From the human T2T-CHM13v2.0 reference genome, Homo sapiens: a DNA stretch of 64,000 nucleotides. The position numbers and the translations under genes were made by a program. This document shows, in pieces, positions 23,870-37,699 of the stretch (position 1 is its first letter; each line of letters starts with the position of its first letter). The stretch lies in assembly GCF_009914755.1 (NCBI RefSeq), contig NC_060929.1. One strand, given 5' to 3'. The notes under the pieces are model-generated. The model saw only the letters and a program-made list of their open reading frames with translations. It was not told the origin of the DNA and searched no databases.

Positions 23870-24985
23870 GTTCAGGCCCATATCCCTGACCTTTAGGACC
23901 AGATAGCTAAGTACTTCCTGAACACCTGTATATTCCCAGATGTATGACCTTCAAGAACAACGTGCCAAAAATCTAAACTCCTATGTGCCCAACCACCTTC
24001 CTCTTCACACCAAATTATTCTCCTATATAGTCTGTTTGCAAGAAATGTAGTATTTACGTTAGACACCAGGTATTTGCTGACAATATCTGGTTCCTTCATT
24101 ATCTTCTAATCAGTCATAAATTCCTATAGTCTAACTTCTTAAAATCTATTTTTTCCAGCTTTAATAACACTGCTTTCATTTAGACTTTCATTTTCTTTTA
24201 CCTAAGCTATTGAAATTTCAATTTATTCACTAAATACTTATTGAAATTTACCAGGTGCCAGAAACTGCTCTTGATGCTGAGGATACAGATGAAAGTCTTG
24301 TCTTCCTCAAGCTTACATTCTAGTGGGAAGAAATGGAAAGTAAAAATAAATATGATAGATAAGTGAATTACATACATATTAAAATATGATAAATGCTGCT
24401 TGATCTCATCATGCTGATCTATCACCTGCCACATCACTGGATTTAACTTCCCAAAATATATCTCACTATATTAGGTCCCTACTGTTTCCAAGCTCAGATT
24501 TCTTAGCATAGCACTTAATGTGCCAAAAGATAAAGCTTGTTATTTGAGCAGAGTCAACTCATGTCACCTTAGGTTTCATTTTTATAAAACTATTTTCATT
24601 TTGAAAGTTCATCATGATGTTTTATACCTCTTGCATGTGCTGCTTCTTCTCCAGTTTAGATTGCAAGCTTTCTTCTATCCCTTTTTCTGGGTGGACACTT
24701 AACGAGATTTAGACTTAGTTCATGTTAATAGCTCTCTGAAGACTTCCTGGAACTCACATACAAGGGAGACATGAGATTACAGTATCTCCAGTGTATTCCA
24801 ATGGCATCCCATGCCTACTTCTGCCATCCCACCTACAATATTATATTGAATATTTTGATACAAGATGCCTGTATCAGTCCTTCAGCTCCTGGACTTCATG
24901 GACCATATTTGCATTGCCAGTATCTAACAAAGTACTTGCCATAAGCTGGGTATGAGATTAATATTTGCTAAATGAACAAATTAAC
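23870..24985 (+). mobile_element. L2 LINE, degraded, interrupted by an opposite-strand L2 end
   Basis: Pyrimidine-rich L2 body ending cagtatctaacaaagtacttgccata...aatatttgctaaatgaac. Confidence 0.65.
24215..24400 (-). mobile_element. L2a-like 3' end
   Basis: attcactaaatacttattga...gtgccagaaactgctcttgatgctgaggataca...aagcttacattctagtggg. Confidence 0.75.
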
Positions 24986-25055
24986 TATACCATATTGAGG
25001 AATTAAAAATTGTCACAACCAGGACCCTGTGTTTTAATCATTGAAAAAAAATCTT

Positions 25056-27270
25056 ATCTCAATAAATGCAGAAAAAGCTTTTTTATAAAATTCAACATGA
25101 CTTCATGTTAAAACCTCTTAATAAACTAGATATTGAAGGAACATACCTCAAAATAATAAGAGCCATCTGTGAAAAACCCATATCCAACATCATACTGAAT
25201 GGGCAAAAGCTGGAAACAATCCCCTTGAAAACCAGCACAAGACAAGGATGCCCTCTCTTACCACTTCTATTCAACATATTATTGGAGGTCCTAGCCAGAG
25301 GAATCAGGCAAGAGAAAGAAATAAAGGCATCCAAACAGGAAGAGAGGGAGCCAAACTATCCCTGTTTGCAGGTGACATGATTTTCTATCTAGAAAGCACC
25401 ATAGTCTCAGCTCAAAAGCTCCTTCAGCTGATAAACAACTTCAGCAAAGTTTCAGAATACAAAATCAATATACAAAAATCACTAGATTCCTATACACCAA
25501 CAACAACCAAATGGAGAGCCATATCAGAGAGCCAATCCCATTCACAATTGCCACACACAAAAATAAAGTACCTAGGAACACAACTGACCAGGGAGGTCAA
25601 AGATCTATCCAATGAAAATTACAAAACACTGCTCAAAGAAATCAATGACACAAACAAATGGGAAAATATCCCATGTTCATGGATAGGAAGAATCAATAAC
25701 ATTAAAATGGCTATACTGCTCAAAGCAATTTACAGATTCAATGCTATTCCTATCAAACTACCAATGACATTCTTCACAGAACTAGAAAAAAATATTTTAA
25801 AATTTATGTGGAACCAAAAAAGAGCCTAAATATCCAAGGCAATTCTAAGCAAAAAGAACAAAGCTGAAGAAATCACATTACCTGATTTCAAACTATACTA
25901 CAAGGCTACAGTGGCCAAAACAGTGGTACTGGTACAAATACAGTCACTTAAACCAATGGAACAGAATAGAGAGCCCAGGAATAAGGCTGCACATCTATGA
26001 CCATCTGATCTTCGACAAAGCTGACAAAAACAAGCAATGGGGAAAAGACTCCCTATTCAATAAATGCAGAAAATTGAAGCTGGACCCCTTTGTTACCCCA
26101 TATACAAAAATCAACTCCAGATGGATTAAAGACTTAAATTTAAAACCCAAAAGTAAAAAACTCTGGAAGACAGCCTAGGCAATACAATCCTGGACATAAG
26201 AACAAGCAAAGACTTCATGACAAAGACACTAAAAGCAATTGCAACAAAAGCAAAAATTGACAAATGGGATCTAATTAAACTTAAAGAGTTTCTGCATAGC
26301 AAAATAAACTATCAATAGAGTAAACAACCTACATAATGGGAAAAATATTTGCAAACTATGCATCTGACAGAGGTCTAATATCCAGCATCTATAAGGAACT
26401 TTAAAATTTTTACAAGAAAAAAACAACCACATTAAAAAGTAGGCAAAGGACATGACAGACACGTCTCAAAAGATGACATACATGCAGCCAACAAACATGA
26501 AAAAAAGCTCAACGTCACTGATCATCAGAGAAATTCAAATCAAAACCACAATGAGATGCCATCTCATACCAGTCAGAATGGCTACTATTAAAAAGTCAAA
26601 AAACAACAGATGCTGGTAAAATTGCAAAGAAAAGAATACTCTTATACACTGTTAGGTGTGGTGTAAAATAGTTCAACCACTGTGGAAAGCAGTATGGTGA
26701 TTCCTCAAAGAGCCAAAAGCAGAACTACCATTCAACCCAGTAATCCCATTGCTGGGTATACATGCAAAGGAATATAAAACATTCTACCATAAAGACACAT
26801 GCACATGAATGTTCACTGCAGCACAGTTCACAATAGCAAAAACATGGAATCAACCTAAATTTCCATCAATTACAGATGGGATTAAGTAAATGTGGTACAT
26901 ATACACCATGGAATATTATGCAGCCACAAAAAGAACGAGATTGTGTCTTTTGCGGAACATGGATGGATCTGGAGGCTATCATCATCAGCAAACTAATGCA
27001 CAAACAGAAATCCAAATACCAGATGTTCTTACTTATAAGTGGGAGCTAAATAATAAGAACTTATGATACAAAGAAGGGAACAAGAGACACTAGGGTCTAC
27101 TTGAGGTGGGAGGGTGGAAAGAGGGAGAAGACAAGAAAGATAATTATTGGGTACTGAGCTTAATACCTGGGTGATGTAATAATATGTACAACAAACTCCC
27201 ATGACACGTGTTTATCTAACAAACCTTCACATGTACCCCCAAAACTAAAATAAAAATTTTTTAATAGGAA
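25056..27270 (+). mobile_element. 5'-truncated L1PA (L1PA13-15-like): ORF2 RT and C-terminal part plus 3' UTR
   Basis: [51 protein letters not shown] with frameshifts; near-TSD gaaaaaaaatctt / gaaaataatctt. Confidence 0.95.
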
Positions 27271-27314
27271 GAAAATAATCTTTCTAAAAATCGCTTACTT
27301 TGCCTCACAGAATA

Positions 27315-27530
27315 TAATCATCATAGCTTACATTCACAGCCACATTTTATATGTCAGGCACTGTCCTGTGCACTTCATATGTATTATTCCATTTAATTCT
27401 CACGAGAACCTTTGGAAGTAGGTGCTGCCATTATTATTTTTCATAGATGAGGAAACAGACACAGAAGTTAAGCGGTCTCTTGAAGTCTGACTTCCAGACC
27501 CAGCCTCTGGAGCCCTACATGTACTATCTT
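27315..27530 (-). mobile_element. MIR SINE
   Basis: tatgtcaggcactgtcc...catttaattctcacgagaacc...tagatgaggaaacagacacagaagttaag. Confidence 0.85.
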
Positions 27531-28689
27531 CCCCTACATAATTATGTATTACATTTATTCATGGATGGTCCCCCAAATTAAAGATGAACTGAGAACTTCT
27601 AAAATAACTGATTTATCTGACTGATGGAGATTATCATATTGGATGATATGATATGACTGCTCCCAATCCTCATCTGAGCCTCACTTCTAATTTACTTTGA
27701 AGGTTAAAACTGTCATATTTTCAATTCCTTTTACAAAAACTCTCATTTACATATAATTTACACATAGTTTCACTAGAACTATTTATTCTTTTAAAATCAG
27801 GGTAGGCAATAATTTTACATAAAATAATTTTACATAAGCCCACATTTTAAGAAAAGTATATATTTCTTGTTACACAGAGAAATTGCCTGGCAGATATAAA
27901 ATTATTACTAAGTCTATATACATGTGTTTGAATATGGAAGTACTTAGCTGCATGGTTTCAAATATATAGAACACTCCTTTTTAAATATAATCAAATGGTT
28001 GCACATACATGCAAACCTGTTATATTCTATTTATACTTCTAACTGCAGAATCTAGAAACAGGCCTAATAACTTTTTACAATGAAAACACCATATTTGTGA
28101 AAAAATTAATTCAGCTTTTACTTCCCTTGACCCATGCATGGGCCTTAGGTAGGTATAGTCCTAGATATAAAAAGGAGAGAAAACAATCCTCCTTTTTATT
28201 CTACTTTTTCTTAGCCATGTGAAGCCCTGAGTAAAACTGTGGAAAAAATGTGAAAATTGTTTGTGTCATCACCAGACCAGTCATTCATTTCAGGGATTGC
28301 AGGTAGGATGCCACAATAGGGGAATTTTAGGCACCAGAAAACTGTTGGTAGTCATGCCATGAAAATCAGAGGGGGATTCAGGAGGACAATTAAATCTATT
28401 GTGAAAATGAAGGCTTTTCATTCCAAAAAATAAAAATGGCATGAGTGAAATAGAGTGAAGCAGGAAACACACAGCATGTGAACGCATGAAGACAGACACA
28501 GATGACAAGAAGCAGGCTCTGCTATGCTTGTTTTAATTATGGATCCTGTGCAATCCCTGGTTGCACTGAACTTAGAATAAGATGAATACACAAAATTTAC
28601 ATTCTATTCTCCTTAAATTCACTGCTTAGTATCTTTAGGTGTTCTTCTTATTGAAGACTTTTATGGTTAATTATTTTTAATTAATGCCT

Positions 28690-28835
28690 GCTTCATCCCT
28701 TTTGTTAGAACCAGACACTCTTAAAACCTAAGGTTATATTTTAGTCATCTTTGTATCCTAATTATATAGCATAGTGTTTATTTTATAATGCAAGTTCTAT
28801 GTATAAATAAATATTCACTGGATAAACAAATGAGT
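28690..28835 (+). mobile_element. L2 3' end
   Basis: tcatctttgtatcc...tagcatagtg...aataaatattcactggataaacaaatga. Confidence 0.6.
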
Positions 28836-30383
28836 ATCTTTAGCAGTGGGGTCACTGACTTTGTTATACTCGTCTGTTTAGTAATTTATGCTCTGAGCAT
28901 GGTAACTTTGAATATTGGCCTTAAATATATGAATATTGTGATAGCACCTTTTAAAATGATGGACCTGCCACCATACTTAGCCTTCCTCTGGGAATTGTCT
29001 CCAATGCAGACAGGAGAGGTTCCTTTTAGTAGTTTTATTCATCCTTCCTGAATGTGTGAATTGGTCACAGATAATTGATGCAGGATTATTCACCAGATTT
29101 GAACTGATCCAATCAGCCTCTCTCTTTCCGGATGTTTGGTAAATGAAAACCCAAAGCTGAATGTCATTGGAGTAAATTCTCACTACCTTAAAAGCATTGC
29201 GTTGTAGTTTAGCTCCCTCTTTCTTAAGTCCTGATTACTTCGTTATTTTCTTAAATTTCATAAACAATGTTTCTGTTCCTTGACCATTTTTTCTCTTAAA
29301 CTAGCCAGAGGGTTTTTATGCCTTATGAATAGAAAGAACATAACTGTTAGCTATATTAGTGAGGAACGAGTCTCCACCCTTTCTTTTGCTCTTCTCATTT
29401 TCTATAGAAAACTGACTGTTGTGCTTTAAATGTCATATTCTGTCTTCATGAGACCTCAAATTTTCAGCTCTGTTTAAATTTTCAGGCCCAATTTCTAGTC
29501 CATGAATGGCACAGGTGTATTCTTTCAAGAGATTCTAAAATATTGGGAAGGGTGATAAGGTCAAAGATTTAAAAAGAGTATCAAGGCTGTCATTCACCAA
29601 GAGAAATTCTTTGACAAGGAAGCCTAAGTTTTATTATGATTTCTATGGTTACCATTTTCATCCCAGAGATTAAAAAAAGAGACCAGTTCTTTTGCAATTT
29701 TTTTTTTTGCTTTTCCCTCAGGGAGAACAATCTGTTTCCTTCTGAATTTCTGTTATCCTGTTCTTTACCCTTCTTTTATACTGTTCTTTGAAGTTACAAA
29801 GTCCTAGTTCGCTTACACAAGACCATTTAGTTAGAGGTAATGTGGGATAGGCCTTCAACTTGAAACACTAGCACAAGTGGAACAAAAAGATACAGGTATC
29901 AGGCAAAAAATAATTTCAGATATACTGCTTGAATTAAAAAATAAAATTCTGTTATAGAATTTAAAATAAAGCAAAGCTGTTGTTTAACAAAATGGCCAAG
30001 AAGTAACAAGTATTGAATACTACTATTGGGGTGATAGTAAAGGTAGGTAAATAGTATACAGTATAAAGATATTACAGGAATTTTTCATTTTATAATGTTT
30101 ATTGAAGGAATAATACACCTAGAAAATCAGAGACTCTAAATGTATTGAAATACATTAACTAGACTTTAATTTTCCTGTGAATTGATCATTTAATTTTGAC
30201 AGGGTGATAATTTAGGGAAAAAAAAAGAAAACTTGAGTGTTGATACAAAACTAGGACTGAATTTTTCCCAATTTGTCCTACTCAGCCTTCTCAAAGTACT
30301 ATCAATCCCTTTATGTTAGAACCAGTAACACATGCTTTGAAATTAAAATTAAGTACCCACCTAATTTATGATTAGTGTTATGA

Positions 30384-30755
<372 letters not shown>

Positions 30756-32213
30756 CCAAATGTTATCTTTCTTTATAACCCAGGAAAGTACAAAGATTGC
30801 AGCTAAATCCTTTGTATTTGGGAAAATATTGTCTTGAAAACTGTATATTCAAATTCCTTTTAAAATTTATTGTCATTGTGAAATGTTTGAAACAAAAAAA
30901 TTAAAATGTCAGGCCCTATTTATTAAAATATAGGTTACATTGGAATCAGATGCATATAATTCCACAAATTACCCGTCAAGTATAAACGTAAGAATGATGA
31001 TTTCCAAAGTATACACTGCTTTTTGAATTTTATAAAGTACTTTACTCATAAGTTTAAGCAGTTAAATTGGTAAAAACAACGGAAAAAACCTTCGGTTTGT
31101 TTTTATTAATGCTATAGCCATTAATAAATATGGTGCTTGTCTCTTCAGTCTGGATCAGAACATTTTTGAAATGTTAACAGTGACTATAAAGGTAAATATT
31201 TCATGGACCTTGGACCCTACCCTCACAAAACTTACCACCCAGTGGGAAGAGATTGTAATATAACATATGCCAGTATTTGGGAAATGCCACAATGCTAGTA
31301 CAGACACCATGCTCTCAGAGTTCAATGAAAGGAAAAAAATGTGTTTAAAATGATGTTTAAGTCTAAAAGTTTTCAGCAGCTATAATTCCTCAAATTCGCT
31401 TTGCTATTTAAATCCCTCATTTTTCATTACTGTTGGTTACTTTGAAGCCAGAAGGGATCTTTCAATTAGCTTCTGATCAAATGTGAAGTCTTGCTCTTTA
31501 GTAACTTCACTACCCTCTGTGGAAACTGCAAGAATGCTAGTTAATGTTCTTGCAGTTATTATCTTAGCTACCATATCTCATTAACACTTGCTTCACTAAA
31601 CACGAAGTTCAAAGTTAAATGTCATTCTGTGGCTTCAGGTTCTTAAGGATTGATAACCTGGAGGCATATTAAGAGGAATGTCAGCTGCAGGAAAGTATTG
31701 CATTGATTCAGGGTATGCTCCCAGGGACAATGAGACTCTGGCCATATTTACAATTCTTCACCCTCCCACCCACCTACCTACCCCAAAGCAAGGCTTTTAA
31801 GACCTATTGGCGTAACTCTCCCACACTCAGGATGTTCCCGGGTTGTAATGTTGCCAGCCTTCAGAAGCTGCCTCTCTCAGGCCACTTGCAAACTCTTGAA
31901 TTTAGGTCACTCGTAAGCAAGACTTATGAAAGAGTACATAATACCATGATTCAGCTTCCTAATGTGCCTCATGTACTTTTAAGGCATAGATCAGACACCA
32001 AGAAATTCTAACTTTATGTACCTTTGAATTTACCAATATTTGGTGCAGCCTTTCTTTAACATTTGTATTTTTTAAAAATACTTGTCCTTACTTTTAGTCA
32101 GGTAATTATAATATTATGTAATAATCTTATGTAACAGCTAACTACTATCTACAAGAGGTTAAATACAGATTAGATATGTAATATTTCAGGAATGACTAAC
32201 CACCTATAAGTGG

Positions 32214-32242
32214 TTGTGTGTGTGTTTGTGTGTGTGTATGTA
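32214..32242. repeat. Imperfect (TG)n microsatellite
   Basis: Seen directly. Confidence 0.8.
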
Positions 32243-33268
32243 TTTGATTCTCTAATTGCTAACCACAGTAGTCCTCTAAGCTGATGCTTGCTCTTTGTTG
32301 CAGATATTTTTAGGATGCTCCAGTAGAAAGACTGGGCAAATGACATTACTTACATTCATTCACTAAAGGAGCTTTACAAATATACACTAAACTTATGAAA
32401 AATGTCCAATCATATTAGTAACAAAATCTTTTAGAGTGGAGCAACAGTATTTTTGTCTGCCAAATATATTTTAATATTCATTGCCAACAAGGGTACACTG
32501 AAACAGGCCCTCTTGCATGTTCTTAATGGAATTGGATCAATTTTTCCAGAAGAGTACCATTTTGTGTCAAGAGCCTTGATAGTAACATGAAAAATGGGGG
32601 AAGCTGCAAAAAAATTATTTCTCTTTTCTTCTCTTTGTTCTTTGTCTTTCATAGTTTTTAATTGACTTTTGTAGTTTCTTCCTTTACCATTTAATTAAAG
32701 AGTTTCCAGCAGAATATTGCAAGAAAACTGCATTGATGATGGAGTCAGAAAGTTGGCTTTATAACATGTGGATATAGAAGTAGACTATGATTTGGTGTTA
32801 TCTATTTCTAAGGATAGAGTTAAGGTGTGGAATGACTGATTATATCACTTGCATGTTGGAGAAAAAGAGACATATATATTCAAATCAGATACTTGAATGT
32901 AATTGACATTTTGATTATAGTTGTTGAATATAACTGATTTTTTTTTATCTGACCAGCATCATTTATTTGGGAGAAATGCCCCTCACTCTGTAGTCTAAGA
33001 TTTTGATAAATGTTCCACCATATGCAGAGAGCATGATCCAACTTAGGCCAAATACAGTCTCTTTTCTAAGAACATGGATCTTAAATGGAGGCACATAGGG
33101 ATAGGAAGCAGTTAGGACCAAATCTTTCAATGGCCAACCCATAAGAAACACTTCATTTATTTCTGCCACTGAGGTCACAGGGATTTTTTTCTTATTATCA
33201 AGTCCTGGAGGTAACACTCTTATTCTGTGAACTACACAATATTCTTTCAACAAATCTCTTTCTTACTT

Positions 33269-33508
33269 AAAAAAAAGGAATAAAGAAAGAAAGAAAAGAA
33301 AGAAAGTGAAAGAAAGAAAAGAAAGAAAGTAAAAGAAAGAAAAGGAAAGAGAAAGAAAGGAAAGAAAGAAAGAGAAAGAGAAAGAGAGAAAGAAAGAAGA
33401 AGGAGGAGGAGGAGAAGGAAGGAGAGAAGGAAGGAAGGAAGGAGAGAGAGAAAGAGAGAGAAAGAAAGAAAGAGAAAGACAGAAACAAAGAAAAAAGAAA
33501 GAAAGAAA

Positions 33509-33552
<44 letters not shown>
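33269..33552 (+). repeat. Polypurine compound STR (GAAA/GGAA/GA/GGA)
   Basis: About 280 bp almost purely A/G, ending in a pure (GAAA)n run. Confidence 0.97.
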
Positions 33553-33584
33553 TGAGGGAGTCGGGGTGGAATGGAGGAAATATT

Positions 33585-34000
33585 TTGGTCATAATTTTGA
33601 CCTAGTAATTCAATTTCTGGGATTTTTTTAAATAAAGTTATAAGACATTAATGGGAACATTTACTTACAAGGTAATTACTACCAGCATTATCTATAAAGG
33701 TGAAAAATAAAAATACATGAAGAGGACGTTATGGAACACCATGTTACATTTAAAACAATAGTTTTAAATAATATCTTAACATTGGAAATGATTGTGTTAC
33801 CCAGCCATAACAAAACAAAGCGAAAACTAAAATACAAACTATATATTATAATCCCAATGAAACAGACACGTTCATATACACAGAATATCATCCGATGTGC
33901 TGAAAGAAAATCTACCAAACGTCTACAGTGATAAATTATGGGGTACAGAAATGTTTGATTTACTAATTTTAATAAAATGCCATTATCAGTTGAATTATGC
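33585..34000 (+). mobile_element. Old L1M (L1ME-like) 3' fragment
   Basis: ttttgacctagtaattcaatttctgggatt; ttacaaggtaattactaccagcatta. Confidence 0.55.
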
Positions 34001-35419
34001 CAAAACACTTTTAATTTTTCTTTGTTTCCATATTATAGCTCAATAAAAAAATGGCAATTTTTACTCAGTAACGAAAAATAGAACAGTGATTTAGATTTCA
34101 CAGCTTTCATAGTGAGACTATGAACTTTTCCCACTTTATAATTAATTTCATCTAATTCAAAACTAAAAAACAATTTTGTCTTCTAAGTATCTGAGCCAGA
34201 GATAGAGAAGTTGGTGGGGTATGACTATATATCAGAGTTAAGTCTCTCTCTCTGATCTATCTTTCTAGCTAACTGTATCTGTGCCTCTCCGATCTCTTAC
34301 TGCAAATTTATTCCTATCCTACCCTTCCTCCTCTATATCATATTCCCTTATCACCTCTGTCCATTAACTCCCACACGGGGCCTGTCCATACATACACTAT
34401 TATTCTTTCTAGCTATCTTAATGTCCTTTACTTCACACATTCAAAATAGTAATATTAATAAAAAATTGTTGCTTCTTATCTGATTTTAAAAAGTTTTAAT
34501 GTCACTGTCATAATATTTTCTTTTTTTTTCATTTCCATGACACGTTAAAGAGATCTTTCCTGAAAAACTATTATTTAGAATACCAATTCTAAAAATAAGA
34601 AGAGTTTTTGCATTAAAAACAATTAGATGAAAAAAATAATCTTTGGGGAAAATAAAGGTGAAGCCTTTTTGTACTTCACTCAGCTTATATAACAAAATTT
34701 TTACATGCATTCTAAGTGGTCTTCTGCTGTTTGGGCACATTATCTCATCAACTGAAGGTTTCTATTCTTTGTTCTTTTAAAGCAAGGACTATTATTCTAT
34801 CCCCAATGTTTCCTCTGCACAGTGCTTTTCAGGATAGCTTATCTAAAGTAGTAGCTTAAAATATGCTTTCTAATCTTCTTTATTATAATTGTATACCATG
34901 ATTCAGAATTTTGTAATAACTTATGTTCAAAGCCATTAACAGCAGTATCTGTGGAAACAGTGAATACTGAAGCAAACCACAGAGTAAATTTTACCTGTTC
35001 CCAGTATGAAAACCTACTGATCTCATATGTGGGTCATTTTCGCCTGGTCTGTCAAATAATGAGTTTATCTGGACCTCAAAGTTTTTCTCTTTACAAAATA
35101 GAATATTTTACCATTTAAAATTCAAAATGGGATCTAAATTATATAAGGAGAAGTGGGCTTCAAAAACCCTCTTTATTTATCTCTTATTTAAAGTAGGAGT
35201 TGTCACTTTATATGCACCAGCCTAAGATGTAATTGTGTGAAACAATTCATTTCAGTAAAAGGAAAACAAAAGTTATTTTTTAAAGAATCTCTAAATTTGT
35301 ACTTATAAGACTTCTACTGCTATTCTACTATTTAAGAATGAGATGGGAATACACCCTCTCTCTTCTTTCCCTTTCTAAATATCTATCTACCTATATATAT
35401 CTATACACACACATACACA

Positions 35420-36130
35420 CAAATATACATATGATTTTCTTATCTCAAAAAATTAAAGAGTAAACTTAAAAAAAAAAGAGTTGTTACCTTACAGAAGAGA
35501 ACAACAACAAATTGAAGGAAGCAGAACTAAAGAGAGACTTATCAAAAATATGCCTTCTTGTAACTATTGGATTTTGGATTCATTAAAATGTTCAAACATA
35601 ATTTATAAAACAAGTTAAGTTGAAGTAAACAGAATCAATACCTAAAATCAAAAGCAAAATGAAACAAAAGTAACCAAATGGTATGCTGTATTGGCAAAAC
35701 CACACAGGGAGAAATTATTTTATGTGGCTTTAAACTCATAACTAAGCTTTTGGCAAAATTTCCCTGGTAGTGTATATCTTAAAGACAAAATAAAAAGGTA
35801 CTGGGGAAAAAACATAAGCAGCTTTCATTAATTGTACTGTTTATAAGAATGCTAGTAGTGCTACTCAGAGACTATTATGTGCAATGATGAGATAAAGTGA
35901 ATCAATCATTATGTGGTGTCATTTACATCTTGGGTTTTCCCTGAGGAGAAAGGAGATACAAATAAAAATGGAGGTTAATTAAAACACAAGTAATTTTGAA
36001 TTTGAGTTGAAAGTATCAAGAAGATCATGACCTTTTCCTACATTTAAAAAAAAGACTATAAACATGATCAAGTGAGTAGCAGTGAGCATCACTTACACCC
36101 TTATTATGGTCTGTAAATACCATTTCCCTA
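35420..36130 (+). mobile_element. L1MC4/5-like 3' UTR segment
   Basis: aaagcaaaatgaaacaaa, tatatcttaaagacaaaa, cttattatggtctgtaaataccatttcc. Confidence 0.65.
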
Positions 36131-36139
36131 CGTGGAAAA

Positions 36140-37460
36140 CGGTTACAGGATACAGGGCCCAGAACTATCATGAGATGCCTTTAGGAAGACACTGAGTTTG
36201 AAACTATTCTTATCTACTTTTATGGTGTAATAGCTACCGCAAGTGCATCAAGGTCAGTTACTTGTTCCAATATAGAATATAGTTTATCTGCCTTTCAGAA
36301 TTCAAACAAACCAGGTGGTAGTCAGAGCTTCAGGTTCAGCGGATCCTGAAGTGTGTACCCTGGCAGAAGAATCCGCTGCTGGACACATGGAAAACAGAAT
36401 CTCAAATCTAGCAGAACATGACTATGCAAATGTGAATAAACAGTTTCACAGTTGGGTTATAAGGTATGATGATGAGAGGGGCTGATCACACTTAACTCGT
36501 TTTTTGGAGTCCACATGTTCACTACTGAGGACACAGCATCTGATGATGGTCTTATTCAGCACATAAACCAACTTACGGAGGACAGAGCCCCAATCCCAGG
36601 CTGGTACCTTAGATGACCCTCCAATATTCTATTAAGCCAGCTGCTTCTAAATGAGGAACATATGTTAAGACCAGTGAATATATTCTGGGGCTATTGTAAC
36701 AGCTTCTTTATCACAAAAATAAAGTTTACTCGTTTGAAGCAACATCGTATGGGTTCCATGTTGATAAGTAAGACATTCTGTTGAGCCCTGAAGTAATGAG
36801 GATGGTAGCAGCATTTCAGAATTGAAAGGCAAATAAATATTCAGTGCAGAATAAAGATACACCTGGTAAGAATTTATCATTGTTCATATAGGTTGGAAGG
36901 GATTGACATAGCAAAACTGCCAGAGTAGCTGACAGTCGCCTTGAGGAATGCTGCCATATTGAATGATGAGAATCTGTTTCTGCTGATGGCAAGTAAGTTA
37001 AAGGCCTTTAGCAGTGGCAATAGCATGGTCAGGCTTATTGAGAAGGAGCACATACATATTCTTCATGAGCTCATTGTACTAGCATGAGAATATCCCTGTA
37101 ACTTTTAAGAACATCTCTGCCATATGCATTCACATGAAACACAAGCATCTGCCTCCATTATGCCCAGTTCTATAGGTTGATCCATTACCTCTCCCTCAGT
37201 CTTCCATGGACGTGCTCCTCTAATTTTGTTCCTTTAAGGCTCCTAACTGAACTATTTACAACTAGGCAGGAGTTTGAGAATATCTGTATTTCAGTTCCCT
37301 TTTCCCTGTATTCAGAGTAAAAAACTAAGTTTCTGATCACAGCTCTAGGCACTGGATGGTTTCTTTTTGCTACTATTATTTGGGAACAGGCTCAGTGGGC
37401 CCAAGATGTGACAATTGTCCACTTTGGGCTAGTATTTTCCACTTAAGTTTAGTACCAACA
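36140..37460 (-). pseudogene. ERV-L/MaLR-related pol (integrase) remnant with no recognisable LTRs
   Basis: Minus-strand TECLTYQHG...KEA...IHWS and EAAGLIE integrase motifs (ORF 36665..36880). Confidence 0.7.
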
Positions 37461-37469
37461 TCCTGAAGA

Positions 37470-37685
37470 ATTTACAAATGAAATTATATGATATCTTCAA
37501 TTTGCTTTAAAATAACCAGAGAAGTGGTGGAAGGGTAGCCAGTACCTGGGCAAGATATAGATGCAACAAAGTTGGCCATGAGTTGATAATCCTTAAAGCT
37601 GAGTGATGCCTGTAAAAGCATGCCATATATGATTCTCTCTACTTTCATAGGTACTTGTACTATTTCATAATAAAACATTACAAAA
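37470..37685 (+). mobile_element. L1MC-like extreme 3' end
   Basis: atttgctttaaaataac...ttggccatgagttgataat...ttctctctacttt...ttcataataaaa. Confidence 0.75.
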
Positions 37686-37699
37686 TAACTAACTACCAC

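Noticed and set aside
25066-25829. 104-aa and 193-aa ORFs as a functional reverse transcriptase gene
   Set aside because: Frameshifted pieces of a 5'-truncated L1PA ORF2; the catalytic FADD reads FAGD
33263-33592. Phe/Leu/Ser-rich ORFs resembling membrane proteins
   Set aside because: Translation of the antisense of a GAAA repeat
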